Origin: Lama glama
Lineage: Eukaryota
NCBI GenBank assembly: GCA_028534125.1
Contig: CM052817.1
Location: 50,098,001-50,162,000, forward strand
DNA: 64,000 nt
Reading direction: 5' to 3'
Numbering within the stretch: the first letter of the stretch is position 1; each line of letters starts with the position of its first letter. Shown in pieces: positions 12,110-24,699 of the stretch. Below the pieces are notes generated by a model. That model did no database searches. It saw nothing but the letters and a program-made list of their open reading frames with translations, and was not told the origin of the DNA. Both the position numbers and the translations under genes were made by a program.

Positions 12110-12372
12110 GGTACCTCACCCTCACCAGGTATTCCCTCCAAGCTTCGACTTGAATACACACCATCCCCTAGGAGTGGTAACTGGTTTCCTAAGTGAACAG
12201 AAGGGACTAGATTGCATAATCTAGATTTCCATGGGGGTGAACCTTGATCAGTAAAAAAATGGGAGCCTGGCACATAAATCCCCGTCCTTTCTCTCTTTCA
12301 GGGAACTCTGTGAGGAGTAGCTCCTTCTTACAGCCTTTCCAGAGAAGTTGCCATATAGAGTCAACATGCTTG
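12110..12372 (+). mobile_element. LTR16-like ERVL LTR, 5' part (interrupted; continues at about 12715-12850)
   Basis: gggagcctggcacataaatcccc…cttacagcctttccagagaag resembles the LTR16 family. Confidence 0.4.
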
Positions 12373-12714
12373 TGTTGACTCTATCGAACAAGGAGGCCAT
12401 TAGACTGAGGAGGTTCTAATACCTTAGCAGCACATGTAAGTGACCCAAAACCCAAGCCTACCCAGTGAATCAACACCTAAGGACAGCCAAGCACAAACAG
12501 CCAACTGGGCTTTCCCAGTTAGAACAACTGCTTGAGATCTAGCCAAGGAAATGATTTCCTTGCCTTGCTTCCACTTCTCTGTAAATGTCTTTCCACTAGC
12601 TCCTGTCAAGTTTGCACTCCTAACCACTTCCAGTTTGGTGTTGCCTGATTTGAGTCCATTTTTGCTCAGGTAAATTCTTAAAATCATTCATGGGCTTCAG
12701 CTTATCTTTTAACA
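12373..12714 (+). mobile_element. ERV1-class solo LTR (MER4/MER34-group-like)
   Basis: TG…CA termini (tgttgac…ttttaaca); gaacaaggaggccattagactgagg head; aaccacttccagtttggtg…tttgctcaggtaaattcttaaa tail. Confidence 0.65.
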
Positions 12715-13779
12715 TCTGCTGGACAACTTGCTGGCTCACTGTGCAGTGAGAGCTGCACAGTGATGCCCAACTGTGCCACATCACATCCTCCCTGGCTTCC
12801 CTACCCATCCCCTCTTACTCTCTGCCTTGGCCTTTCAACCCCCAACCACAGTATTAGCATCTCGATCCTCGCCAAGGCTCTACTTTCTAGAGGCCTCCGG
12901 GCCTGGATAAGGTGCTGTCTTCGGTAATAATGCAGCCCATTTCTGGTAATGACACAAATGTTTTTAGAAATCACTGGGGATTTGCAAACCATCAACTGGG
13001 GAACATTTTCCTAGTTAGTTTCTTTTCCACCTAGGGTTGTGGGCAATCTGGGCACAAGGGTTTGTATTTTTGTCTTTGAATTTCCCCTCTCTAGCAGAGT
13101 CCTGGCACCCAGTAGGCACTCAACAAATGCTATAGCTGGCTTAAACTAAACAGCTGAAATATCTAGGTGTCATAGGTGTGCATTCTGCTTGAAGAAAACC
13201 TTATTCTTACAATGCAAATTGATCAGTGAAGTTAGTCAAGTAGAGATTATTTGCATCATAAAATAACATCTTTGGGGAATTGTATAAAATAAGAAAAACT
13301 CCTCATGAAATTTAGTTCATCATAAAATTAGTTTATACATATATTTTCAGGATAATGTTCATTTCTAAAAGAAGCATATATACCTCCTAGAGTCATTTGC
13401 AACCAAAGATCATTTATGATGACATTGAAATGTCCTATAAAATGTGGACTTTTCTTGACATATGACAGACTATCTAAACAGACTGTGAAAATAGTCACCT
13501 AAATACACATAGTTAAAGCAGCTGTGCAAAAACTTAAGCACTTTAAAAGTGGCCTGTCCTCTATGTTGTATGGATTAATAACAAACATGCATGTTGCCCA
13601 CTAATGTGAAGTGCTTTAGATTTGCCTCATTTCTGTCCTCTCAAAGACTAATCATTTAAGTTAGGATAAGACAGGGGCAGGGGTGGGGAGGGCAGGACTT
13701 CTGCCCAGAGGTGGCAGGGATGAACTGGAAGGCTGTGGCGCCCAGCAAACGTGGGACATGCTCTGCTCTAATCCCAGGC

Positions 13780-13980
13780 TCACCTGCTTTCAAATCCTGG
13801 CTTTGAAGGTTTAAATCTCTAACTTAACCCCGATTCAGTCCCTGCCTTTGTAAATTGATGACTAGAACACCGGCCAGATCTGCTCCAGCGTTGTTGCCTG
13901 GATCAGAGGGGATAATGTATGAGCTAGTGCTTTGCAAAGAGGAAACTGCTACTTAAATGTGGTATCATTATTATTACTCA
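13780..13980 (+). mobile_element. MIR
   Basis: ttcaaatcctggct…cttaacc…tcagtccctgcctttgtaaa…gataatgtatgagctagtgctttgcaaa. Confidence 0.6.
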
Positions 13981-14429
13981 GGAAGAACACTTAGCTCATT
14001 GCTTAGTAATCGTGAGGCACATAGTGTCACTAAATAAGACAATATAATGGTCTTAAGAGGCTCTAATTCAGTTTCTTCTTTTTATTCAAGCACACAATTG
14101 CATTCAAACACTTCACAGACAGCCCGAAATGGGCCCTGTGGAGGCTGATAAGGAAAATGAGAACAAGGAGCTATTTGCTCCCTCATTTTAATAACTGAGT
14201 CAAGGAGCAGGCACTTTAATATAGGAAAGAAGGAACACTTTCTCTTAGTCCTCAGTAAGATAATGTCTCCATTACAAAGCGGGCCTTCCACCATAGAGGA
14301 TGCAGGCCCCTCTCACTCTCGGGGAGTTTCCCCCACATTTGAAGACAGAGAAAGATACCATCACCATCAAAACAAAGTGCCCTCAGTGTGTAAAATCAGA
14401 CTTAGATTTAGCCACCATTCACGGAGGAT

Positions 14430-14785
14430 GAAACACACCTGAGCATTTTCCTCAGGGTCTGATGAAGAGTGGGCAGTTGTGTGGACACATGAGAGGTCAG
14501 AGTATGAGGCAAGTGCAGTGAACTGGGGGAAACTCAGCAAAGCCCATGTGTTTGGGTTCTTCTTGGCGTCCCTTTGTCTTTGGAGATAGGATGTGCCTTT
14601 CCTCCAGGTCTAGGGAGGGCACCTCCCACGTGAGGGGTTAATGACCTGTTTCCGGGAGGAGACTGTAGGGGGAGGTCACAGTGACCTTTTTGCTTCTCTG
14701 CTGTTTTCTGAAACTCCTTCCACTTAAAATATTCAATATGTGAATGTGCTATGGTTTGGGGGTAATATTTCCAGACCCCTATCCA
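14430..14785 (-). mobile_element. MER34/MER39-like ERV1 LTR
   Basis: Reverse complement starts gataggggtctggaaatattacccccaaa…catattgaatattttaagtggaagg…gaaaacagcaga, like the MER34-group 5' end. Confidence 0.65.
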
Positions 14786-15128
14786 TATATGCTCATTTGC
14801 TTTCATCATAATTCCTAGAGATAGATACAAAATTTTAACTGGAGGCTGATAGGGAGAATACATATTCCCATGAGAGAACCGTGCCTCCGGGCACACCTGC
14901 AGGAGCGGGCCCTGTGTGGAGGCCGCTGTGCCTTTCTTTCTATTAATGCTGAATCTCAGTGGGTAATGGTCTGAGGAGTTTGAAATAAAAAATAAAGCAC
15001 TTCTGAGTGAACCATTGAGACTACTGTCAGTGCTTACCACACAGTATCTAGACTGTAACAGGCATTCTGGAAATAGTTGTGGAATAAATGAGCAAATGAA
15101 TAATGGCATCTACATTCTGTAACGACAC

Positions 15129-15513
15129 TGTTAAAAAAACAGAATTCAACCAAGTACTTTTTAAAGATCTTACTGGCTTTATGCAAGGATTCATGAATAG
15201 AGCAGCGTCCCATCTAGCAGGTGAAAGGAGTTCCCAGGAGCTGTACGAAACAAAGGACTTTTACAGTCAGAAGTGAGCGGGAACAGGGAGGTTCTACTAG
15301 ACAACAAAGCAAGTTGTTTCAGGCAAAGTTGCTTTTCTCTGGGGAGTGGCAGGAGTGTGTTCAGCAGATCACCTAACTAGAGCTGATTAGGTGATTCCTG
15401 ACTGGTGTAAGATTCCATTTATGGGAAAGTGAAAATGGAAATTAAGTCTCAGTTAATTTGACGTGGGGCATAGCATAGGGAGTCCATTTTGGGCCTATTG
15501 TCTTGTTTTTAAG
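15129..15513 (-). mobile_element. ERV1-class solo LTR
   Basis: tgttaaaaaaa…gattcatgaat…tccattttgggcct…ttttaaga; 4-bp TSD acac/acaa. Confidence 0.7.
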
Positions 15514-15809
15514 AACAAGAAAAATAGATCTGCAGTAATACTTCATTCCTAAATTTACAATACATGGTTTAAATGTTTCGCATGGGAAGGTGATTGCTGT
15601 TCTTGTGCTGCAATGTTTTTATTGATAGTATTTCCTCCTCTTCCATTTAGCTTCAAAAGTGTGAGCTAATATAGAATTCTGAAGCCTGTAGGTCAGGGCT
15701 GGAAAAACCTTGGAAACAATGGGTTATAATGTATGCAGAGGATCCTTTCAAATTCCTGTGTAGAGCGTATGTGCGTGTGCTTCCTGCAGTCGAAAGTCGG
15801 AGAGCAGCG

Positions 15810-16010
15810 GTGGTGACTTGTTTCGTGTGCCTGCTTTGATCGCTTCCTGCTGCTGTGATTTGGGCAAATTATTTAACCTTCCAAGCCCCTCTGAAGATTT
15901 TGGCAATAGCAGTACCCTCCTTATAAGATTGTTGTGAAAATTTAGGCAGTTAACATATACAGAATTTTGTTCAAGTTTTTGTTCAATACTAAGTGGTCAG
16001 TGTTATCCTG
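15810..16010 (+). mobile_element. MIR
   Basis: gctgtgatttgggcaaattatttaaccttcc…gattgttgtgaaaattt. Confidence 0.7.
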
Positions 16011-16599
16011 TGTTTCAAGGTGAGGTTAACATATGGCTGTTTTGTGCTACCAAGCACCTTTAAAGACCTGTCCATTTTCTAACTATTCACTGAGAGTGAT
16101 TCCAGCATAGTGTCCTTTGCTGACACAGATGGAATCGTTCTAAAATGGATAGCTGGGTAATAGCAGGCGCTGTACCTTTTAAACACCACACGGGTAAACA
16201 AGCCAATCAAGACTCCTCCTCTGGGAATTCTTAGGGCATTTTAAACTTAAAGTTAATTTCTTGGGGCATGTTGAAAAATCTGATTTTTATCAATCAACTT
16301 TCCAGAGTTTTCTTCCTGCTCTTTCATGATATATTAAAATAGATTTTCATTTTTTTAATTACAAAAGTTCATTATAGCTAATTTCAGAGGTAGAGATGTG
16401 AAAAGGAAAAAATTAAAAGGGCCCATAATCTCCCAATTGAGAGATATTGGAGTATATTTTTCCATGATTTCTCTTAGTATATCTATATATATTGACAAAT
16501 GCGATTAAAATATACATATTATTTTGTGACTTTTTCATTAAATACATCATGAATATATTTCCATCAATAAATGCTCTGGTGAGCCCTCATGGGTCTTTG

Positions 16600-16810
16600 T
16601 CAACAATAATCTTTCATTTGCTCAACACTGTTCTAAGAGTTTTATATGTGTTACCTCATGTGCTCCTCAGAACGATCCATTTATAGTAGTATTACTATTA
16701 TACCCATTTTACAGATGAGGAAACTCAGGAATAGAAGCTTAACTACTTGCCATAAGCCATTCAGCTTGTATGTGGCAGAGCCAGGATTTAAACACAGCTG
16801 TGCTCCCTGA
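16600..16810 (-). mobile_element. MIR
   Basis: cccattttacagatgaggaaactcagg…gtggcagagccaggatttaaac. Confidence 0.85.
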
Positions 16811-17432
16811 CCAAATTCTCATTTCTGAATGATCTCACACTTTATTCTTTCCCTTCAGACTGCCAGCACTCTGGGAATTCAGTGCTTTTCCACACACATG
16901 TGGAACAGGCTGCTCAGCGTCCCTTCCAGCCACCTGTGTGCAGCAGGTCACTGCCTCTGTCGTCAGTTGCTCTTCTTCTGGGCGCGACTTTCTTCTGTTA
17001 GTTTCTGCTGTTGCTTCCTCAACTCTGGCCCCTCAGAGGCAGATGCTACTCTTTCTTTTGTTTCTCACTCCCAGACATTTCCCTTTGTTTCTCGCAGTGT
17101 AAACCTGGTTGCCTCCAGGACCAAGATTTTGCTGAATATCATGGAATAGTAAAAATATCACAGAATAATTAGTCCAACAGAGGTTCTGACTCACAAGTGG
17201 TTGCTAACGAAGGCTCCTCTGGAAGCCTGTGCGCCCTCAGGGTCCTGCAGGAGGCGCCCTTCCTGCCTACTCCACTGCGTGCTCCATTGGATAGGCGTCA
17301 ACTCTGAGAATGTCCATTCTTTGAGTTCAGGTGCTTGCCTCAGTCTGAGCCAACTTCCTAATTCTCATTTTCCATACTAAGTAGCCTTTCCCCAGCAATG
17401 ACTGAAGAGGAATATCTATTTCTTTTAGAGGA

Positions 17433-17470
17433 GGTGTGAAAACTACTGTAGGGTGTGAAAACTACTGTAG
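17433..17470. repeat. Perfect 19-bp tandem duplication
   Basis: ggtgtgaaaactactgtag x2. Confidence 0.95.
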
Positions 17471-17984
17471 GAACATTACATTAAAACAGAATATCAAACA
17501 TCAGTTGATATGGGGTTATTTAATCTTATTTAACACTACATAAAGGACATCAAAAGTCCAGTATAGTTTTGTTTTCTGCATTTCTTGCATCAAATCTTAT
17601 TCAGGGTTGCCTTTTCTGCAGTCCTGTGGTTCTTATCCTGCATCACTTATAGGAAACTGTTCAACACACTTCCTTACAAAAGCAGCTAGCAATTTGCAGC
17701 ACCTGAGCTATACATAGAGATAAGACATAGGCTATACAGAGATAAATATTTTTCCTTTCCTCCTCGTATAAACACAATCAAGAGATAGAGACAGCTGGTT
17801 CAATCATAGACACCAAAAAAAAAAAAAATTAAAAAAAATAAAACTTACTTCTAGGTAAAAAACAGTTGAATTCAGGTAATGTCACAGTGTCACAGTTTTC
17901 TCCAAGGCTATTCAGTGAATACTTTCTTTACATTTTTGTAATGAAAGGTTATATTCAACTTTAAAAAATTTAATCCAAAGGTAA

Positions 17985-19892
17985 ATTAAAGGTAAAGATT
18001 AATATACAAAAATCAATTGTATTCCCATATACTGGTAACAAACATTTGAAACTGAAACTAAGTAAGGAATACTGTTTATAATAGCATCAAAAATAAGCTA
18101 CCTTAGAATAAATCTATTTAAAGAATGCATTGTCTGTACACTGAAACCTACAAATTAAAGAAATTAAAGAAAACTTAAGTAAATACGCTATGTTTAGGTG
18201 TTAGAAGACTCAATATTGTTAAGATGTAAATTTTACCAAAATTGATCTACAGATTTAGTGAAATCCCAATAAAAGTCCAGCCAGGTTTTTTTGGATAGAA
18301 ATTGATGATCTGATTTTAAAATTCATATGGAAATACAAAGGACCCAGCATAGACAAAATTATAAATCAAACTTTAAAAAGGAAAACAAAATTGAAGGACT
18401 AACATTACCTAATTTGGGGGCTTATTATCAAGCTAAGTAATCAAGAGAGTGTAGTACTGATGAAAAGGCACACAAAAAGATCAAATAGAATAGAACAGCA
18501 AATCCAGAAATAATCCCCATGCATATGGCACACATATGTGAACAATTGATTTTTGACAAATGTGTAAAGACAATTCAGTGGAGAAAGGATAGCCTTTTCA
18601 ACAAATGGTGCTGACATAACAGAATAGGCATGTGCCAAAAAACCAAAAAAACAAATTAAAAAAGAACATCAAATCATCCCTTGTATATATACACAAATTA
18701 ACTCAGAATGGATCATAAAACCAAATGCAAAATCTACAACTATAAAACTCCTAGGAAAAAAACTTAGGAGAAAACTTTGGTGATCTTGAGTTGGGCAAAA
18801 TTTTTAAAAATATGACACCAAAAGCATGGTATAAAAGACAAAATTGATCAATTCGACTTTATCAAAGTTAAAAACTCTTTGAAAGACACTCTTAAAATAA
18901 TGAAAGGCAAGCCACAGACTGGAAGAAAATATTTGAAAGTCATATATCTGATAAAGGACTTGTATCAAGAATATATAAAGAGCTCTCTGAACTCAACTAG
19001 AAAACAAAAATATCAGTTGAAAAACAGGCGGAAGGGTTGAAAAACAGGCGGAGGGATTGAACAAATACATCAGTAAAGAAGATATATGGTGGTAAATGAA
19101 GCACATGAAAAGATGCTTAATATTATTAGTCATTTGAGAAATGCATAAAACCATTTAACATTGGAGGTACCACTACACACCTATTAAAATGGCTAAACTT
19201 AAAACCACTGACAAAACCAAATGCTGGTGAAGATGTGGAGGAAATCAACCTTCATACATTGCTTATGGGAATGAAAAATGACATTTATAATTTGTAAAAC
19301 AGTTTGGTAATTTCTTAAATAGTTAAACATACACATACAGTGTGATCTATGTATTTCACTACTAGGAATTCACCTAAGAGAAGTGAAGATGCATATGTTC
19401 AAAAACACTTTTACATGCATGTTCACAGCTGCTTTATTTGTAATAGCCCTATACTGGAAACAATCTAAATAGCCAAATAACAGGCGATTAGATAAACCAA
19501 TTGCGGGATATCTATAAATGCAACTCATGCTCACCATAAAGAGGAATGAACTGTTGATACAAACTGCAATGTGGATAATTCTCAAAATAATTACACCGAG
19601 TGAAAGAAACCAGACATAAAGGAGTATATTGTGATTCCATTTACACAAAATGGAGAGTAATCTATAGTGACAGAAAGCAGATCACAGATTTCCTGGGGAG
19701 GAAGCACAAGGTAGCCTAGAAGGGAGGAATTATAGAGAGGCACAAAAAACTGGGAGGGAGATAGAGATATTCATTATCTTCCTTGTGGTAATGGCTTCAC
19801 AGTCACATACATATGTCAAAACTCAGTAAATTGTGCAATTTAGACATGTACAGTTTATTATATATCAATTATACATCAAAAAGTTGTTAAAT
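17985..19892 (+). mobile_element. L1ME1-like LINE-1 3' fragment (ORF2 C-terminal part + 3'UTR)
   Basis: L1 ORF2 motifs aatatacaaaaatcaattgt, gaagactcaatattgttaagatg, ttttcaacaaatggtgctg, gcacatgaaaagatgc; 3' end gtcaaaactc…cagtttattatatatcaattatac. Confidence 0.9.
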
Positions 19893-19929
19893 AACACTCC
19901 CTGTTATTATAAAATTAATAAATCCTTTT

Positions 19930-21572
19930 GAAACTTTATTTTCCAGCTTTGGTTTTCTTCTTTCAACAGTAAATATTTCACTCCACTCTCCTCCTGCTTG
20001 CATGATTTCTGATAAGTCTGCTGTAACACTTATCCTTGATCTCCTAGAGGTAATTTTTTTTTCCCTTTTGGCTTCTTTCAAGCTTTTGTCTTTGTCTTTT
20101 GTTTTCTATAGTTTGGATATGATAACCCTCAGTGTGAATTTTGGAGTATTTGTCCTGCTTGGTGTGCTCTGAGCCTCCGGGATGTGTGGTAGTGTGTCTG
20201 TTACTAATTTTGGGAAATTCTTAGCCATTGTTCCTTCAAATATTTCTTTTGATCTGTTCTCTTTTTCTTCTCCTTCTGGGATTCTAATTATACATATGTT
20301 ATACCTTTTGAAATTATCCCATAGTTCTTAGGTGTTCTGTCTTTTCTTTCTTAATTCATTTTTCTCTTTGCATTTAAGTTTGGGGAGTTTTTATTTATGT
20401 ACCTTTAAGCTCATTGATTCCTTCTTGGCTGTGAGCAGTCTACTTGTGAGCTCATCAAAGACATTTTTCATTTCTATAATGGTTTTGATCTTTTAGCATA
20501 TTCTTTTGGTACTTTCCTAGAGTTTCCGTCTCTCTGCTTATGTTACCTGTCTGATCAGGTATATTGTCTACTTTTTACATTAGAGCCCTTCACTTATTCG
20601 TCATTGTTACTTTATATTCCCTGTCTGATAATTCCAAAATCTGTGTCTTATCTGAGTCCAGTTTTCATGTTTGCTTAGCCTCTTGAGATTGTGTTTTTTT
20701 CTGCCTTTTGGCATGCCTTGTAATTTTTTGTTGAAAGTTGTACATACTGCAAGAGTTTTGGGAACTGAGAAAAACAGGCCTTTAGTGTGAAGTGGTTTTT
20801 GTTTTTGTTTTTTAATATGAGTAGACGAGGGACTGTGTTTAAAGTTTGCTGTAGCTGTAGGTGTCAGAGTCTTCAAATTCCTTGAGTGTCTTTGTTTTAC
20901 AATCCCCTGTGCCTTTGGTCTTCCCTAAGAACTCCTTGCATAGAGTGTTCATCTCATAGCCCTTTCAGCTGCAGTCCATTGCTGTTTTACTGGAGCTCTG
21001 TTGGTGTGGTAGTAAGGTGTGGGCAAGGAGAGTGTTTTATATTATGATTAAAATTCAGTCTTTTAGTGGGTCTGGGCTATGATCGTCACAAGTGCTTTTT
21101 AGTTTTGCTTTTCTCCCCAGTGATACAGCAAGGCTGGAGGGGTCTGGAGTCTGGAAAAAGCCCATTCCCTGGTGGGATAGGCTCTGGTAAAGTCTTTTCC
21201 CCTAGAAATTAGTTATGGAGAATGCCCTGGGTATTTTACAACAGTTAAGGTGACTTTCCTCTTGTCTCTGCCAGTGCCACAAGACCATCTTTCTTGGCTC
21301 TTCACCATGAGATCCTGGCAGATTTCTCAAGAAGAAACCCACAAAAGTGTGGGGCCCCCCTAAGACAGCAGCTCCCAGGAGTTTATCATGTACCTCTGCA
21401 TTCACCTATCTCTCCATATTTTGGGATTGCAGCTTTTCCTGCAACCTCAGTTCTCTGATGGGTCCAAGAAAAGCCATTGATTTTCAGTTTGTTCAGCTTC
21501 CTCCTTGTTAGGATAATAAGAACGACAGCTTCTAAGCTCTTTATACATGTTGGAGCTGAAAGAGGAAAGTCC
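19930..21572 (-). mobile_element. L1MC/MD-type LINE-1 5' fragment (5'UTR + ORF1)
   Basis: Reverse complement starts ggactttcctctttcagctccaacatgtataaagagcttagaag…gctgaacaaactgaaaatcaa; ORF1-like peptide MKEAKREKKIT…RISVTADLSEIMQAGGEWSEIF (19887-20081). Confidence 0.85.
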
Positions 21573-21719
21573 CTTTTTCCAATTTTGAACAATTTTCCTA
21601 AACTTCTCAAGCTAGATCACAGGAAGTGAGAAATCGTCAGTGGCTCCTCTCCCACCTTTACAAATGGAAATGATTTTCCCGCTTCCTTGGAGCTCAGTCT
21701 AACGCACAAGAGAGGCCAT

Positions 21720-21965
21720 TTAAGCACCGGAAGACAGGGGTTTGATAGAGAGAGGCCAAGAGGGTCATAGGAGCAGAGAGGAGGGGTCTGTTTTAGTCTG
21801 GATTCTGAGGCAGAGTCTGGGGAGGGCAGGCAGGCACTCAGGAAAGAGGTGATACGTAAGTTGGGTGTTCCGGGAGTTAACATGATGGAGAGAGGAGAGA
21901 GGAAAGGTGGTCAGGGTTTAGGAAATAGCAAATGCAGCAGCACAGAGATGAAAGGAATAATATCT
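21720..21965 (-). mobile_element. L2 fragment
   Basis: Purine-rich L2-like run ggagcagagaggagggg…caggaaagaggtgatac…aatagcaaatgc. Confidence 0.5.
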
Positions 21966-22768
21966 TAGACATGATCATTTAGCATTTTTGAGTGCTCTGT
22001 CTGTTGTAAGCAATTTCCTCCTATTATATTTGTGCTACTTAATTCGGATTATTCTCTGCATCATGAAGGGACTGTTCGGGGATGGCCTTTGCACCTCCAG
22101 CCTCGTAGCAGTCACCCTAACTCAAGACAGTTGGTAGCTTTATTTTCTATGGAGTTGCAAGTAAAGGTGTGATACATTCATTTCAATTATAATTTGTTTT
22201 TAACGTCTTAATTTATGAGATTATAAAACAAGAGGGGGAGAAAATCCTTAATTTTCTTGTGTTTTGAGAATTTGTTTTGTGAGAGATGTTTTAAACTAAT
22301 TAATGAGCCTAATAACAGAACCTTGCAAGTTGCAAGATGTTCAATTAACCACAGCTGCCTGTGGGGAGCATTCCCTGGACTTAGTGATCTATCAGAGGTT
22401 TTTGAGAACCTAAGGCAGAACTTCAAGCCCAGCACAGGAGAGGATTGTCTAATTAGAACAACAGACTGGGAGTTGGTTACCTTGAGCTGTATTTTTGCTT
22501 TAGTAAGTTTTTCTGTCTGACCTTGGGCAAATTGCATTATCTTTGGGGGTTTTCTTATCTTTCAAATGCTGATAATACTTGCTTGATTTTAGGCCTTTTT
22601 GAGGTTTTGGATGAAAGCTGTTTTATAAGCTTGTTGCATTATCACGAAATGCCAGATTTATAAGTTATTATTAACTATGGGAGGCGTGTGAACACCCGTC
22701 CACCCCCCCTTCCAAGACTGGAAACAAAACAAAACAAAACAAACCCACCGTCTGAGTTCAACTGCTGT

Positions 22769-22782
22769 GTTGCCATGGGCAC
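22769..22782. promoter_or_regulatory. RFX X-box-like motif
   Basis: GTTGCCATGGGCAC vs GTTGCCATGGCAAC. Confidence 0.4.
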
Positions 22783-23629
22783 AGTGCTCTTTTCGTGGCA
22801 TTTGTAGAGCAGTTAATAGTCAGTAGTGACTCTTGGGGAGAAGTTATGCTTTCACTATTCTTTTCAGGTCAACATTATTTATTTATTGACTGCAGGCCTC
22901 ATTATATTCCACTGGGTGGCTTTACAAGTGTCACCACAATGAACATCTGACATTGGTTCTTATAACATAAAGGACATGACCTGACAAAAATGTGGAATCC
23001 CACAAGGTAAATAAATGAACATGCTTTAAAAAACAACACTAAAATTACAGAAGAGGGAAAATAATCTGTTTCCAGTGGGTAGCTTACAAATACACCATGC
23101 TCCCCTGACCGTAAGCAGGAGCCCATTCATCATGACTTCTACAAAGTTTAACCAGTCTGGTAAATATTGATGCTAGTAGAAATAACATCCTCTTTATTTT
23201 ACCTCATTTACATTCTGTAAAAGTATTGTGCTTCTTTTTAAGATATTATTTGTTGATGCATCAAAAAAAAAAAAAAAAGAAAAGACAAAATTGTTATGAA
23301 TCACACTGCCAAACGCTTTAAGGCAAATGTTTCCAAAACATAGCTAGCGATTTGTTCCTGAACTCTTTCCTCGCCGCTTCTTTCTTATGCTGTTTGCTTA
23401 TTTATGTGGAGCTAGAAAACAGGTTAAGTGCAAGGCAAGACGTCTTGCTGACAAGCAATCAGGAAGCCGTGCTCTGTAAGCTGCTCTCACTGGGAACAGA
23501 CTGATGTATGGGCTCCTTCTGTGATCAGGGACTCGGAGGAAGGCTCACCATGCCACCAAATGTCAGTTGCACAAATGTAAGGAGTTTTGCGAAGTTAACA
23601 TGTGACACTGGTTTATTCTTTAAATAGTA

Positions 23630-24480
23630 AATAGCATTAAGTATCTCCAATATGCTGGGTACCATGGTAGGCACTGGGATATTAGAGATCAACAAAACAC
23701 AATCCATAATTTCTAGAGATTTATAATATAGTAGAAGAAACAGATATCCAAATAGTGTAATTTGAGTATTTCTAGGTCTTAACCAGTCTGTTGGTAAAAT
23801 TAAGTAACAAATTCCTATGGTTCATAATTCTACCTGATAACATGGAACCTAGTCTCTTTAAAATCCCTCTTGGTTATTTGTGGGGACTTCTGGCCATGGT
23901 TCACATGTCTTCAAGAATAGTCTACCCGTCTTCTCTAGACATTCATTTTTGCCCTGGTCACTGCTGATAGTATCCCATGAGAAAGGTGACAGCATTGTCC
24001 CAGGCATCTAAAGACAGGAAATTGTCTCGGGTAACCACAGATTCATGATTTAGGAAACTAGGTAACTAGTGGTAGCATTAATCAAAGAAGGCAAAGGAAG
24101 AGCAGATTTGGGGGGCAAGTTAGAGATGAATATTTAATGTTTTGAATTAAATGCGTCTTTCAGACACCAAATTGAGATGATAAATGAGCCGAGTTACCAT
24201 TCCGTTGCTTAGGAAAGAATCGTGTAAATTTGGGATTTATCAGCATCCAGGGCCATTAAAGCCATTTTTGTTGCAACTGCCCTGGGAAAGTGTTGAGAGA
24301 GCAGAGAAGAGAGGAATACATTATAGAGAAAAGAGTTCAGGCTTGTTGTTAAAGCCATGTTTTTGCAGATGAGTGGCTGGAAAGAAAATGAAGATAAGGG
24401 GGCATTTTAAAGTGAGAGGCTGGGTGATCAGTATAAGGGAAAAGGGCACAAATTTAGGAGATTGGTCAGCCAAAGACAGA
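23630..24480 (-). mobile_element. Fragmented L2
   Basis: tatgctgggtaccatggtaggcactggg; ggaagagcagatttgggggg; cagacaccaaattgagatg. Confidence 0.5.
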
Positions 24481-24699
24481 CTCCAGAAGCTTCCCAATGT
24501 TGCCAATGGCTGTCCCTTCTATACAGAGGAATAAAGTTTGAAAACTGAAATTTCGAGGAATTAGTTCCCTTGGTAAGATTCTGCAGCTTTGAGTCTCATT
24601 CTTCAGATATCATCTTCATCCTCCTAAAACTGAACCAAACCAATCTAAAATTTTTGGGGAACACAAATATTCAGTCCACTGCAATTACCAATAACTATA

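Noticed and set aside
14534..15109. Longest ORF in the track (191 aa, - strand)
   Set aside because: Runs across an L2 end, unique DNA and a MER34-like LTR; no recognisable domain; chance ORF
23435..23448. 14-bp perfect palindrome GCAAGACGTCTTGC
   Set aside because: About 4 such palindromes are expected by chance in 64 kb (64000/4^7)
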